Positions 10,457 through 19,735 of a DNA stretch of 64,000 bases are shown one piece after another. The position numbers and the translations under genes were made by a program. The DNA lies in the NCBI GenBank assembly GCA_938083505.1, contig CALKCF010000006.1, positions 96,001 to 160,000 on the forward strand, given 5' to 3'. The notes under the pieces are model-generated. The model did not search any database. It was not told the DNA's origin and saw only the letters and a list, made by a program, of their open reading frames with translations. The DNA comes from an uncultured archaeon (lineage in GTDB: Archaea > Thermoproteota > Nitrososphaeria_A > Caldarchaeales > Wolframiiraptoraceae). The first letter of the stretch is position 1; each line of letters opens with the position of its first letter.

Positions 10457-10520
10457 TTTTGAGATACGATAAGGTAACACAAATAAGATAGTCCCGTAAT
10501 AATGTTAAGCTAGGCCGATC

Positions 10521-11675
10521 ATGCCGACAAATCTGCCGGCAGAAGCAAAGGCCAAGCTGGCTAAATATAGGGAAGCTAGGACGCATGAGGAAAAAATCAA
10601 GGCGCTGGAGGAGGCAATATCCTGCATACCGCACCATAAGCACACGGAGAAGATGCTCAGACAGCTGAAGAAGAAACTTGCCCAGCTCAGACGTGAGCTT
10701 GAGCACAAACCAGTAAGAGGTGGAAGAAGAGACGAGTGCAGTGTTGAAAAAGAGGGGGCGGCCCAAGTTGTACTAGTTGGTGCCACAAACAGCGGCAAGT
10801 CGTCGTTACTCGCGAGGCTCACAAACGTAACTCCTGAGATAGCCGACTACCCTATGACGACGAGAAAGGCCGTACCAGGTATGATGGTATATGAGGATGT
10901 CGAAATGCAGGTGGTTGAGCTCCCAGCTATTTTAACGGAAACGTTTGAGGAGACAAGCATAGCATACAAGAGCCTCAGTATAGCGAAGAATGCTGACCTC
11001 ATAATGGTCGTTCTTGATGCCTCGAATAGACCGCTCGAGCAGTTCAGAAAGATCGTTGAGATGTTAGAAGATGTTGGTATAGCACTAAAGAAGGCACAGA
11101 CGAAAGTCATACTTGAGAAGAAGGACAGTGGCGGCATAAGGTTCGTGACTTTTGGCAAATTTCACGGTACCGTAGACGATGTCAAGAAGTTACTTGAAAG
11201 TGTCGGTATAAGAAACGCTGTTGTCAAGATAATCGGCGATGCTACGATAGAGGACATTGAGGAGCAGGTCGTGTACGAATTCGTTTACAAGAAGGGGCTT
11301 GTAGTACTTAACAAGTGTGATATTAAACTTGAAAGCTCAAGCAAGGTCGAGGAGCTAAGCGCGCAACTCGGAATCCCGCTTGTAAAAGTCTCAGCAAAAG
11401 AAGGGAGAGGTTTGGACGAATTAAAACGGCTCATATTCGAAAACTTAGGACTCATAAGAGTTTATACGCAAAAGGACGGCGTAGTCGCACACAAGCCGAT
11501 AGTCGTTCCAAGCGGTACAACCGTCAGTCAGCTCGCGTACCTTATCCACAAGGAGCTTGCGGAGGGTTTCAGATATGCTAAGGTTTGGGGTAAATCCGTC
11601 AAAATACAGGGTCAAAAAGTAGGCGCCGACCATGTATTGCAAGACAAAGATTTGGTCGAGATATTTGCCATGTGA
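10521..11675 (+). CDS. DRG/OBG-family GTPase with C-terminal TGS domain
   Basis: HKHTEK, G1 GATNSGKS, YPMTT, NKCD, C-terminal YAKVWGKS...GQKVG-DH-L-D-D. Confidence 0.93.
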   Translation: MPTNLPAEAKAKLAKYREARTHEEKIKALEEAISCIPHHKHTEKMLRQLKKKLAQLRRELEHKPVRGGRRDECSVEKEGAAQVVLVGATNSGKSSLLARLTNVTPEIADYPMTTRKAVPGMMVYEDVEMQVVELPAILTETFEETSIAYKSLSIAKNADLIMVVLDASNRPLEQFRKIVEMLEDVGIALKKAQTKVILEKKDSGGIRFVTFGKFHGTVDDVKKLLESVGIRNAVVKIIGDATIEDIEEQVVYEFVYKKGLVVLNKCDIKLESSSKVEELSAQLGIPLVKVSAKEGRGLDELKRLIFENLGLIRVYTQKDGVVAHKPIVVPSGTTVSQLAYLIHKELAEGFRYAKVWGKSVKIQGQKVGADHVLQDKDLVEIFAM

Positions 11676-11796
11676 GAGCTTATACCATGGGTGTATGGGC
11701 CCTCTCGGAACAAAGCAATTTTACTAAACTTTCCAACCAAGTACCATGAATTCGTTCAGCCCGTTAGAAAAAATTTATACATTATTTAGGATAAGG

Positions 11797-12846
11797 CTAC
11801 TTCCACGATCTGCTCAGTAACAAGAGCGCGGCCACCGCGGCGAATACCGCTATGCCGAAAAGGCCTATGCCGAAGGATAGTATGGGGTGCGTAGGCATGC
11901 AATAAAGAGTGTAGAAGAATGAAGCAGACTGATTGTTCACACCATGCATGTACGAGACGAGCCAAACGCTGCCCGATTTAATGAAGGCTAAGCCGAAGAT
12001 CACGGATAGTGTAACGGTGTATGCGCTCATCAGAAGTATACCTTCAACGGGATAACCTGGATAGTTGTGACCCATGGTTATCAAGGGTGCATGCCAAACG
12101 CCCCATATCAGACCTACGAGCAGTGCCGCTTTCACTTTGCCTACAATACCCGCCAGCTCCGTTTGAAGGTAACCTCTCCAACCATACTCTTCACCAAACG
12201 TTACAAGCAGCGTGATAAAAGGTGATATTATTATTAGCTGAATTCCCATTAAGATGAGGGCACCTATCACCTCAGGTGCTCTATAGTCTGGGAGGGCAAA
12301 CAACTCCTCCGATCTGACGGGCGTACCTAAGCCGAGGTTGCAGTTTAACCACGCCATGCCACCATAAAGCAACACTAGAAGCGAGCTGAACATGAGGTAG
12401 TACTTGGGGCTTCCGAAGGATAGCCCGGCTTTACGGAAAGCATCGCCGCCCATCATAAACCTGAGAGCTACTAGAAATAAAAGACCTAGGATCGTCATAA
12501 CGAATGTCAATGTGTCTGCTAGTCCAACATACTGGGGTGAAATCCAAGACGCTATGGAAAATATTAGAAAGACGGCAAAGTATAAGAGGAAGAAGTAAAA
12601 GAAGAGCCTAGTTTTTTCTCGGAAAGTCCTGAAGTATATGTCGCTGTCCTTCTCGAAGAACATCTTAAGCACGATTGCCGAAAAGGCCGGCACGAGCATC
12701 ATAGCCATCATAGACGTTCTAGCCTCAACGGGTAGCTTGAGACCAAATGCCAAGACCATGCCTAAGTTTAAACCATAAGTCAGAGCAAAAGTCAATGCGA
12801 TGAATCGTATTATCTTTCTTTGGCTGGCATTGACCTCTGACAACAT
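11797..12846 (-). CDS. CPBP (CAAX/Abi) intramembrane glutamic endopeptidase
   Basis: Multi-TM protein with GEEYGWRGYL, WGVWHAP and H-VNN motifs. Start placed at ATG 12846 (ORF track 12942). Confidence 0.9.
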   Translation of the reverse strand: MLSEVNASQRKIIRFIALTFALTYGLNLGMVLAFGLKLPVEARTSMMAMMLVPAFSAIVLKMFFEKDSDIYFRTFREKTRLFFYFFLLYFAVFLIFSIASWISPQYVGLADTLTFVMTILGLLFLVALRFMMGGDAFRKAGLSFGSPKYYLMFSSLLVLLYGGMAWLNCNLGLGTPVRSEELFALPDYRAPEVIGALILMGIQLIIISPFITLLVTFGEEYGWRGYLQTELAGIVGKVKAALLVGLIWGVWHAPLITMGHNYPGYPVEGILLMSAYTVTLSVIFGLAFIKSGSVWLVSYMHGVNNQSASFFYTLYCMPTHPILSFGIGLFGIAVFAAVAALLLLSRSWK

Positions 12847-12942
12847 ATCTAAAAACAACGCAACAAAAAGATAAGTTTTTAGCATCAGCTGGTGGGAATA
12901 ACGTTTATTACTTATACAGTAGCATGAATTTGAGGTGGTCAA

Positions 12943-13188
12943 ATGATGTATGAGGCTGCCTCAGTGCTGCTACTTTCACTCTCAGTAATTTTCTCAATAC
13001 TAGCAGTTGAGGTGAACAGCCTATATAGGGCTATCTTCGGACTTTTTGGTATGACGGCCACGCTAGGTATTCTGTTTATACTGATGGCGGCATACTATGC
13101 TGGTATAGCGCAACTGTTGGTTTATGCAGGTGGTCTGATAGCTCTCATGCTGGTTGTAGTCTCTCTGACAGAAGGTAAAGAGAGATGA
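12943..13188 (+). CDS. NuoJ N-terminal-like membrane subunit
   Basis: Three TM helices; AQLLVYAGG is the NuoJ signature. Confidence 0.8.
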   Translation: MMYEAASVLLLSLSVIFSILAVEVNSLYRAIFGLFGMTATLGILFILMAAYYAGIAQLLVYAGGLIALMLVVVSLTEGKER

Positions 13189-13442
13189 AGTTTGCAGAGC
13201 TACTAGGATCGGTATCAACCATTGTATTGGCATTCGTCCTCATCTACAGCTTTGCAACAAGCCCACCCGTGTATGAGCGGTGGAACGATGCAACCAGCAG
13301 GCTTATAACACCCAGCGCTATAGAATCCGGCAAAGCCATAAGCATCTACATATGGAGGGATCTATTCCCGGCAATAATCGCGCTAGCTATAGCTCTATTG
13401 GCCTTCATCATGGCACTCGTGGTCCTACTGAGGAGGGAGTAA
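13185..13442 (+). CDS. Small membrane protein, probably the NuoJ C-terminal half
   Basis: Two TM helices; ATGA-coupled between the NuoJ-N-like and NuoK-like genes. Confidence 0.6.
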   Translation: MKFAELLGSVSTIVLAFVLIYSFATSPPVYERWNDATSRLITPSAIESGKAISIYIWRDLFPAIIALAIALLAFIMALVVLLRRE

Positions 13443-13445
13443 GCA

Positions 13446-13763
13446 ATGCAACTCTTTATTCTCTACTATGTTCTCACCGCCGTTATGCTTTTCATAATCG
13501 GCGTCTATGCCTTAGCGACGAAGAGGAGCATTATAAAGACGATAATAGGCGTCGAGATAATGATAAACGCTGCCCACCTAAACTTTGTAGCATTTTCTAC
13601 TAACTTCCCTGGAGGCATGATAGATCCATTCGCCCAGAGCGTCGTCCTCCTATCCATGGCCGCTGGAGCGGCAGTCATAGCGTTGGCCCTCCTGCTTAGC
13701 GTCCACGTGTACAGGACGTATAAGACACTGGACATAACAGTTCTGAGAAAACTGAGGAGGTAA
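13446..13763 (+). CDS. nuoK: NuoK/MnhC-like membrane subunit
   Basis: IIG-E-MINAA-LNFVAFS, AL-L---VYR-Y-T-DI--L-KL. Confidence 0.85.
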   Translation: MQLFILYYVLTAVMLFIIGVYALATKRSIIKTIIGVEIMINAAHLNFVAFSTNFPGGMIDPFAQSVVLLSMAAGAAVIALALLLSVHVYRTYKTLDITVLRKLRR

Positions 13764-13822
13764 CCGATTTTGGAGAATATATTTAATTTTAGGTACTCTG
13801 TGCCATTCAGTTTGGAAACCCT

Positions 13823-14044
13823 ATGAGGTTGGGCAAAGTCTTCGGCCTCTTTCTGATGATTGTCGCCGTAATGCTGGCTGCTTTTTACACAACGTGGTTT
13901 TTTGGCCTTATAAAGGGTCTTGACCCTGAGCTCGCCGTGAAGGTTCCGATGCTGATCATCGTCCTATTCTTCCTCTTCGTCGTAGGATGGACTGGGTACG
14001 TGATGTATACCACACCCCTGCCAAGGTCTATCAGAAGAGATTAA
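13823..14044 (+). CDS. Small 2-TM protein, DPM2-like
   Basis: FYTTW...AVKVP...LFVVGWTGYVMYTTPLP; apparent paralog of 48943-49197. Confidence 0.7.
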   Translation: MRLGKVFGLFLMIVAVMLAAFYTTWFFGLIKGLDPELAVKVPMLIIVLFFLFVVGWTGYVMYTTPLPRSIRRD

Positions 14045-14760
14045 GAGCGGATAAGCCTTCCTTCTGGTGTTATCTCGCCCCTAATTATTCTCGAAGACGA
14101 TATTGGCTTTCCATCTTCTGCAAGGATTATAGGACACTCTATCACGTCTAGGGGCTTCATCAAACCCTCAGTCCTTATGGCATTTATTTCCAAGGTTCTA
14201 AATACTGTAAATGGGCTGACCACTATTGCCTCCATAACAGCCTCGGTTACCGAGGGGCCATAAGGGTCATCGAGCTTAACTATCGTTGCGTTATCAATCC
14301 AGCCGTGCTTCTCCAGGGCTTTCTTCAAGTTATTTACGCGCTCATTGTAGGGCTTTACTTCGTGATCCTTTCCTAACCTTTTGGCAAGCTCATCGCTAGT
14401 AACACCTATGATCACTTTCTTACCGCTCCTGAAAGCCGTCAGAAGTAACGCGAGGTGCCCGTAATGGATTATATCGAAAGTGCCTCCCAAACATACACGA
14501 TTATACTTTCGCTCGGCCGGTAACAGGTTATTGAGCTCTTCCTCAAAATCTATCGCGTACATCCTAAGCTCATCCAAGATGACCATCGCCTCGCCCAACG
14601 GTATGCCCAACCTCACACTCAGCTCCTCCGCGCTTATGGACGGTTCGCTCGTAATTATTTTGTCCCTGACATAGGATTTGTGAGCGGGATAGAGACTCAT
14701 ACTCTTAACGGTATCCACAAGGACCTTCCATAGGAAATTTTTTGCATAATCTCTTCTCAA
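14041..14760 (-). CDS. coaD: Phosphopantetheine adenylyltransferase with N-terminal HTH-like extension
   Basis: GGTFDIIHYGH, GVTSD, DPYGP, AEDGKPISSSRI (archaeal/eukaryotic PPAT type). Confidence 0.9.
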   Translation of the reverse strand: MRRDYAKNFLWKVLVDTVKSMSLYPAHKSYVRDKIITSEPSISAEELSVRLGIPLGEAMVILDELRMYAIDFEEELNNLLPAERKYNRVCLGGTFDIIHYGHLALLLTAFRSGKKVIIGVTSDELAKRLGKDHEVKPYNERVNNLKKALEKHGWIDNATIVKLDDPYGPSVTEAVMEAIVVSPFTVFRTLEINAIRTEGLMKPLDVIECPIILAEDGKPISSSRIIRGEITPEGRLIRS

Positions 14761-14805
14761 GGTCGAATATTCTATTTTTTCGGCGCGTAATAAAAATTAG
14801 CTGGT

Positions 14806-15747
14806 CTAAGATCGAGCGATTGTATAGGAAAATAACTCTATTATTTTTGATGCAACCTCGATGGACGCCTTTTCCTGAGCCTCTAACGTCTGAGCACCTA
14901 TGTGGGGCGTGCATATAACGTTTGGAAGCTCGAGCAACTTCTTGTTAACAGGCGGCTCCACACTGTATACATCCAGGGCAGCACCCCTCAGCCTTCCGGT
15001 TACTAGGGCTTCATAGAGAGCCTCCTCGTCTATTACCCCACCTCTCGATGTATTGACTAAAAACGCTCCTCGTTTTATGAGATGTATGTTGTCTCTATTT
15101 AGCAACTTTCTCGTTGAAGGTGTTAAGGGAACGTGGAGTGTTATATAATCCGATGCCTTCAGAAGCTCTGAGAGTGGAAGAAACCTTCCTGACACTTTCT
15201 TCAAAAAATCTTCGGGTATCAGAACTACATCGTTCAGTAGTACCTCCATATCGAATGCTCTCGTTAATTCTGCAACCCTCCTACCTACTCTTCCCACACC
15301 AATTATGCCCACGGTCTTTCCTCTTAGCTCCACACCCTCGTATTTTCCTTTTAACCAGTTGCCCTTTTTCATTTCATCATTTAGTAAGCAGATATTTCGT
15401 GAGAGGGCCAGCATGAGACCTATTGTTAGCTCAGCTGTCGCATTTGCTACGGCGTCCCCGGCACAGATCACCTCTATTCCCCGTTCACGGGCCGCATCGA
15501 CGTCTATGTTGTCCGTACCGACCCCAACCCTTGCGATTACCCTTAGATTCTTTGCCGCCTCTATAACATCCCTACCAACTTTTGTTCTACTTCTGACCAT
15601 AATTACCTCGTATTCGGAAACAACGTTCAACAACTCATCGTGTGAGATTTCCTCAACCACTGTAACCTTAAAACCTGCATCCTTCAGCCTCTCTATTCCG
15701 GCCTTATGAATCTTATCGCAGACCAAGACTTTCGGAGGGTTGTCCAC
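14806..15747 (-). CDS. serA: D-3-phosphoglycerate dehydrogenase (D-2-hydroxyacid dehydrogenase family)
   Basis: R-GVG-DNID, GVGRVG, NTSRG, DVY--EPP, TPHIGAQT-EAQ; no ACT domain. Confidence 0.88.
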   Translation of the reverse strand: MDNPPKVLVCDKIHKAGIERLKDAGFKVTVVEEISHDELLNVVSEYEVIMVRSRTKVGRDVIEAAKNLRVIARVGVGTDNIDVDAARERGIEVICAGDAVANATAELTIGLMLALSRNICLLNDEMKKGNWLKGKYEGVELRGKTVGIIGVGRVGRRVAELTRAFDMEVLLNDVVLIPEDFLKKVSGRFLPLSELLKASDYITLHVPLTPSTRKLLNRDNIHLIKRGAFLVNTSRGGVIDEEALYEALVTGRLRGAALDVYSVEPPVNKKLLELPNVICTPHIGAQTLEAQEKASIEVASKIIELFSYTIARS

Positions 15748-15754
15748 CGAAGCA

Positions 15755-17146
15755 TCACCTTAGATACGGTAGCTCTTCGATCCATGAGTAAAGCTTCTTT
15801 AACTTTTCTATAGAATTCCTTATGACGTTCTCAGGACATTCCCATTTGGGCAGCTTTCCTGCGAAGAACTCGCTGTAAGCATACATGTCAAAGTGCCCAT
15901 GGCCGCAAAGGTTGAAGAGTATCGTCTTCTTCTCACCTGTCTTCTTACACCTTAAAGCCTCATCCATCACATATTTTATCGTATGCGACGGTTCCGGTGC
16001 GGGCACTATACCTTCGGTCCTAGCGAATATAGTTGCAGCCTCGAAGACGGATACTTGGTCGTAGGCTACCGCCTTAACATAGCCCTCCTTCACGAGTAGG
16101 CAGAGTGTCGGCGCGTCGCCATGGTATCTTAACCCTCCAGCATGTATAGGTGGCGGTATGAAGTCCGAGCCGACCGTGTACATTGCTAGAAGCGGCGTCA
16201 GCCGTGCCGTGTCACCGTGGTCGTATGTGTATATACCCTTAGTTAAGGTAGGACAGGCTGTAGGCTCGGTTGCGACAAACTCTGTATCCTTCTCGGCCTT
16301 CTTCGTCATCTTATCATAGTAGAATGGCCAAAAAAGGCCTGAGAAGCTGCTTCCACCTCCGACGCAACCAGTTACCACGTCAGGATACTCGTCCAGCATC
16401 TCCAGTTGCTTCTTTGCCTCAAGACCTTGAACCGTCTGGTGCATTAGAACGTGGTTAAGTACGCTGCCCAGCGCATACTTTGTGCCTTCGTGCGTCAGAG
16501 CATCTTCGATCGCCTCGCTTATCGCTATGCCTAAGCTTCCCGGATTTTGTGGGTCGCTCTTTAACACGTTCCTGCCGAAGTTCGTCCTATCGCTGGGACT
16601 TGGCAGAACCTCCGCTCCCCACACTTGCATCATTATCTTCCTATAGGGTTTTTGATCGTAGCTTGCCCTCACCATATAAACTGTGCACTTTAGGTTGAAT
16701 AACATGCAGCCGAAGGCAAGGGCAGAGCCCCACTGGCCAGCACCGGTCTCCGTCGTCAGCCTCTCCTGTCCTTCTTTCATGTTGTAGTAAGCTTGCGCAA
16801 CGGCCGTGTTGGGCTTATGAGAGCCGGGCGGACTCACACCTTCGAACTTATAGTAAATCTTCGCCGGCGTTTTTAGATACCTTTCAAGCCCTATCGCCCT
16901 GTACAGTGGCGTCGGCCTCCACAGGGCATAAACTTCCCTTATCTCCTCAGGTATCGGAATCCACCTATCCATGCTCATTTCCTGCTTAAGTAGCTCCTTC
17001 GCAAAAACTCTCTCAAGCTTCGCTGGCGAGACTGGAGCCCTCGTCTCGGGGTCTATCGGTGGAGGCAGGGGTTTTGGTAGGTCAGGCAGTATGTTATACC
17101 ACTCCTTCGGTATCTCATCATCGCTAAGGATCACCTTGCGTTGCAT
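15755..17146 (-). CDS. trpB2: Tryptophan synthase beta chain 2 (TrpB2)
   Basis: GSHKPNTA (PLP Lys), [28 protein letters not shown]. Start placed at ATG 17146 (MQRKVIL); the longer ORF-track start runs through promoter DNA. Confidence 0.96.
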   Translation of the reverse strand: MQRKVILSDDEIPKEWYNILPDLPKPLPPPIDPETRAPVSPAKLERVFAKELLKQEMSMDRWIPIPEEIREVYALWRPTPLYRAIGLERYLKTPAKIYYKFEGVSPPGSHKPNTAVAQAYYNMKEGQERLTTETGAGQWGSALAFGCMLFNLKCTVYMVRASYDQKPYRKIMMQVWGAEVLPSPSDRTNFGRNVLKSDPQNPGSLGIAISEAIEDALTHEGTKYALGSVLNHVLMHQTVQGLEAKKQLEMLDEYPDVVTGCVGGGSSFSGLFWPFYYDKMTKKAEKDTEFVATEPTACPTLTKGIYTYDHGDTARLTPLLAMYTVGSDFIPPPIHAGGLRYHGDAPTLCLLVKEGYVKAVAYDQVSVFEAATIFARTEGIVPAPEPSHTIKYVMDEALRCKKTGEKKTILFNLCGHGHFDMYAYSEFFAGKLPKWECPENVIRNSIEKLKKLYSWIEELPYLR

Positions 17147-17210
17147 GGTCTCTTTTTGAGTTTTGACCTCTAATAAACGTTGTGTGTCAAAATGAATGCA
17201 CTCATAATGA

Positions 17211-17226
17211 TGTACAAATTTGTACG
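17211..17226. promoter_or_regulatory. Paired TRP boxes (TGTACA-N4-TGTACG), putative TrpY-type operator
   Basis: Perfect palindrome GTACAAATTTGTAC ~65 bp upstream of the trpB2 start; further boxes at 17326-17331 and 17346-17351. Confidence 0.6.
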
Positions 17227-17409
17227 TCCAATATACGTCGAAAAAATTCTGAGAAATTATTACGTTTTCGGAAAACATATAATTTAATAATGCATAGAAT
17301 CCTTACACTTAAGTTATAGAATGTTTGTACGAATATTTATGTGCATGTACAGCATAGGACGTTGAACGAGTAAAAGATTTAAAGCACTTACTATATTAAC
17401 GATTTTTTA

Positions 17410-18549
17410 ATGTTGTTGGTGACGCCGGGCCCTACGGAGCTCCATGAGCGCGTCCTCGCTGCGATGTCCAAGCAGGTGATCAGTCACAGAGGGCCTGAGC
17501 TTCAGGAGCTCTACACTTCTTTAGTTGAGAAGTTTAGGAAGTTGCTCAAAACCGATGGTAGCGTGTTCGTTCTTGCATGTTCCGCCACGGGCGGTATAGA
17601 GTGTGCCGTGTCGAACATAATAAACAGGGGCGACAAGGTGTTAACACCAGTGTTTGGTGTTTTTTCAGAAAGGTTTGCTGAAGCCGCTAAGTTTTATGGG
17701 GCCGAAGTTACTTACGTAAACATCAAACCGCAAAGCGCTCCGAGCCCTGAAATAATCAAAAAAGTGCTCGAAGAGAAGACTTACGATGTCGCGTTGCTTG
17801 TGTACAATGAAACTTCTACCGGTACAAGGAGTAAAGATTTTAAGGAAATTGTCAGGGTATGCAAAGAGCGTGATGTTCTTGTCGCAGTGGATGCTGTCTC
17901 TGCTGCTGGGGGACTGCCCCTTGAAGTTGATACTTGGGACATAGATGTTTGTGTCATAGGTAGTCAGAAGTGTTATGCTGGCCCACCTGGCCTTTCGATA
18001 CTAACCGTAAGCGAGGATGCCTGGCATAAGATCAGGAGTGCCAGAAGGCCTTTCTACTTTGACCTCATAAAGTACATGAGGTTTTACGAAGAGCATCGTG
18101 AGACACCTTTCACACCAGCAGTTAACCTAATGTATGGAATGGACGAAGCGCTCAACATCGTCTTGGAATATGGGGCAGATCGTTGGGTAAAGAGACACAT
18201 GGACTTTGCTGATATTATCTACGAGGTCCTCGAAAAATCCAATATAAATCTCTTCGCAGAGAAAGAATACAGGTCTCCTACGGTCATATCCATTTCACTA
18301 CCTAACGGTGTAACGGATTCTGAAGTCCTCGAAGAGCTCAGGGTTAGGCACGGCGTGGTGGCCGCTGGCGGTATGGGGAGCATGAAAGGGTCGCTCATAA
18401 GAGTCGCCAACATGGGAAACTTGAGCGTTAAGAAGACAGTTAAGGTGTATGATGCCATTTTCGATGTCATGTTCTTTAAAGTTGGTGGTATAGATCGTCA
18501 GGCCGTCGGAGTTTTGGAAGAGCGGCTACGTAAAATGGGTTATCAATGA
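17410..18549 (+). CDS. Class V PLP aminotransferase (serine-pyruvate/alanine-glyoxylate family; plausible phosphoserine aminotransferase)
   Basis: TPGP, SHR, NETSTG, DAVS, GSQKC--PPG, TPFTP; divergent from trpB2-serA. Confidence 0.9.
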   Translation: MLLVTPGPTELHERVLAAMSKQVISHRGPELQELYTSLVEKFRKLLKTDGSVFVLACSATGGIECAVSNIINRGDKVLTPVFGVFSERFAEAAKFYGAEVTYVNIKPQSAPSPEIIKKVLEEKTYDVALLVYNETSTGTRSKDFKEIVRVCKERDVLVAVDAVSAAGGLPLEVDTWDIDVCVIGSQKCYAGPPGLSILTVSEDAWHKIRSARRPFYFDLIKYMRFYEEHRETPFTPAVNLMYGMDEALNIVLEYGADRWVKRHMDFADIIYEVLEKSNINLFAEKEYRSPTVISISLPNGVTDSEVLEELRVRHGVVAAGGMGSMKGSLIRVANMGNLSVKKTVKVYDAIFDVMFFKVGGIDRQAVGVLEERLRKMGYQ

Positions 18550-18637
18550 ATTTTTGCTGGTGAATCAGTGAACTTCTTTCTGCAAAACATTTATCTCAAG
18601 TGTTTTTCAAACGTTAAGTAAAAACCGGAGGTGTAAT

Positions 18638-19516
18638 CTGACGTCTGCTAAAGAAGCACCTTTCTGGGACCACGTTAGAGAGTTAAGCATCAGGCTCAAG
18701 CGCATACTCATAGCGACGTTTGTCACAACGATATTCATGATGGTTTTCCCTGCTGACCCCGTTGCACTCGTCGCAAATCCCATTCAATTTTTGGAAATAT
18801 ACGAGCCCATCATAGCTAGAGTGCTCGCATCTATTAACGATTACATGCTTCCCAAAGGGGTAAAACTGATAGCTGGCGAACTTTCATCGCCTTTTGAGAT
18901 CTGGATCGTGGCTTCAATACTCTTTGGTCTCCTCCTCAGCATGCCCGTTGTTGGTTATGAGATATACGCTTTTGTTAACCCTGCATTTTATCCTCATGAA
19001 AGGAGACTTATCTATCCATTCCTGACGGCGTTTGTAGTACTCTTCTTCGTCGGTGTTGCTTTTGCGTTATTTCTTGTCTTACCAGCATTGATGAAGTTTT
19101 TAGTAATATTCGCCATGATGTTTAAGATAGAAGCGACCGTTACCGCTATCTCATTCTACACGATGGTATTTTTCACAGCATTAGCCACGGGCATCGTCTT
19201 TACTTTTCCCGTGGTGCTCATTCTCCTAATTAGATTTGGTATAGTCAGAACGGCTTCGTTTAAGAAATATAGGAGGTACGTCTACATATTAATGTACATA
19301 GTCGTAGCATTCATAACACCAGACGGTGGGGTAGCGGGCAACTTCATATTATTCATACCCCTTATTATGATGTACGAAATAGCACTCCTTATTGGTAGAA
19401 GGTATGAAAAGCAGAGGTTTAAAGAATTGTATGGTGAACTTAAGTGTAAGTTTTGTGGTGCGGATATTTCACCGGACGACGTGTTTTGTCCAAAGTGTGA
19501 TAGAGCTCTTAGGTAA
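18638..19516 (+). CDS. tatC: Twin-arginine translocase TatC with C-terminal zinc ribbon
   Basis: N-terminal PFWDHVRELSIRL lies upstream of the tracked ATG; FVNPAFYPHER, ITPD; C-terminal CKFC...CPKC. Proposed CTG start at 18638 after GGAGGTG. Confidence 0.9.
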   Translation: MTSAKEAPFWDHVRELSIRLKRILIATFVTTIFMMVFPADPVALVANPIQFLEIYEPIIARVLASINDYMLPKGVKLIAGELSSPFEIWIVASILFGLLLSMPVVGYEIYAFVNPAFYPHERRLIYPFLTAFVVLFFVGVAFALFLVLPALMKFLVIFAMMFKIEATVTAISFYTMVFFTALATGIVFTFPVVLILLIRFGIVRTASFKKYRRYVYILMYIVVAFITPDGGVAGNFILFIPLIMMYEIALLIGRRYEKQRFKELYGELKCKFCGADISPDDVFCPKCDRALR

Positions 19517-19735
19517 TACAACCGGAAGATCATTATTCGAAGGTAATTGCGCTACCATCTAGTCATGAAGTTTAATTTCAATCAATTACCCTTCCTAATC
19601 CTTAACTATCATAAAAGCATTACGGATTCGCTGCTACAAAAAGAAAGAAAAGCTATATTATACAACTAATCCCCCATCCGTGCAGGTGAGATGTACCGCC
19701 AAATTTAACAGAACCTTTAGAAGGGAAGGGTAGCA

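Noticed and set aside
10365-10822. Minus-strand ORFs of 133 aa and 105 aa
   Set aside because: Antisense shadows of the GTPase gene and intergenic DNA. The same applies to most short antisense ORFs in the track.
17147-17278. 44-aa N-terminal extension of TrpB2
   Set aside because: AT-rich promoter/operator DNA; family similarity begins at MQRKVIL.
19693-19706. T-box-like sequence AAATTTGGCGGTAC near ileS
   Set aside because: It is on the strand opposite ileS, differs from the GGGUGGUACC consensus, and no Stem I or specifier loop is visible.
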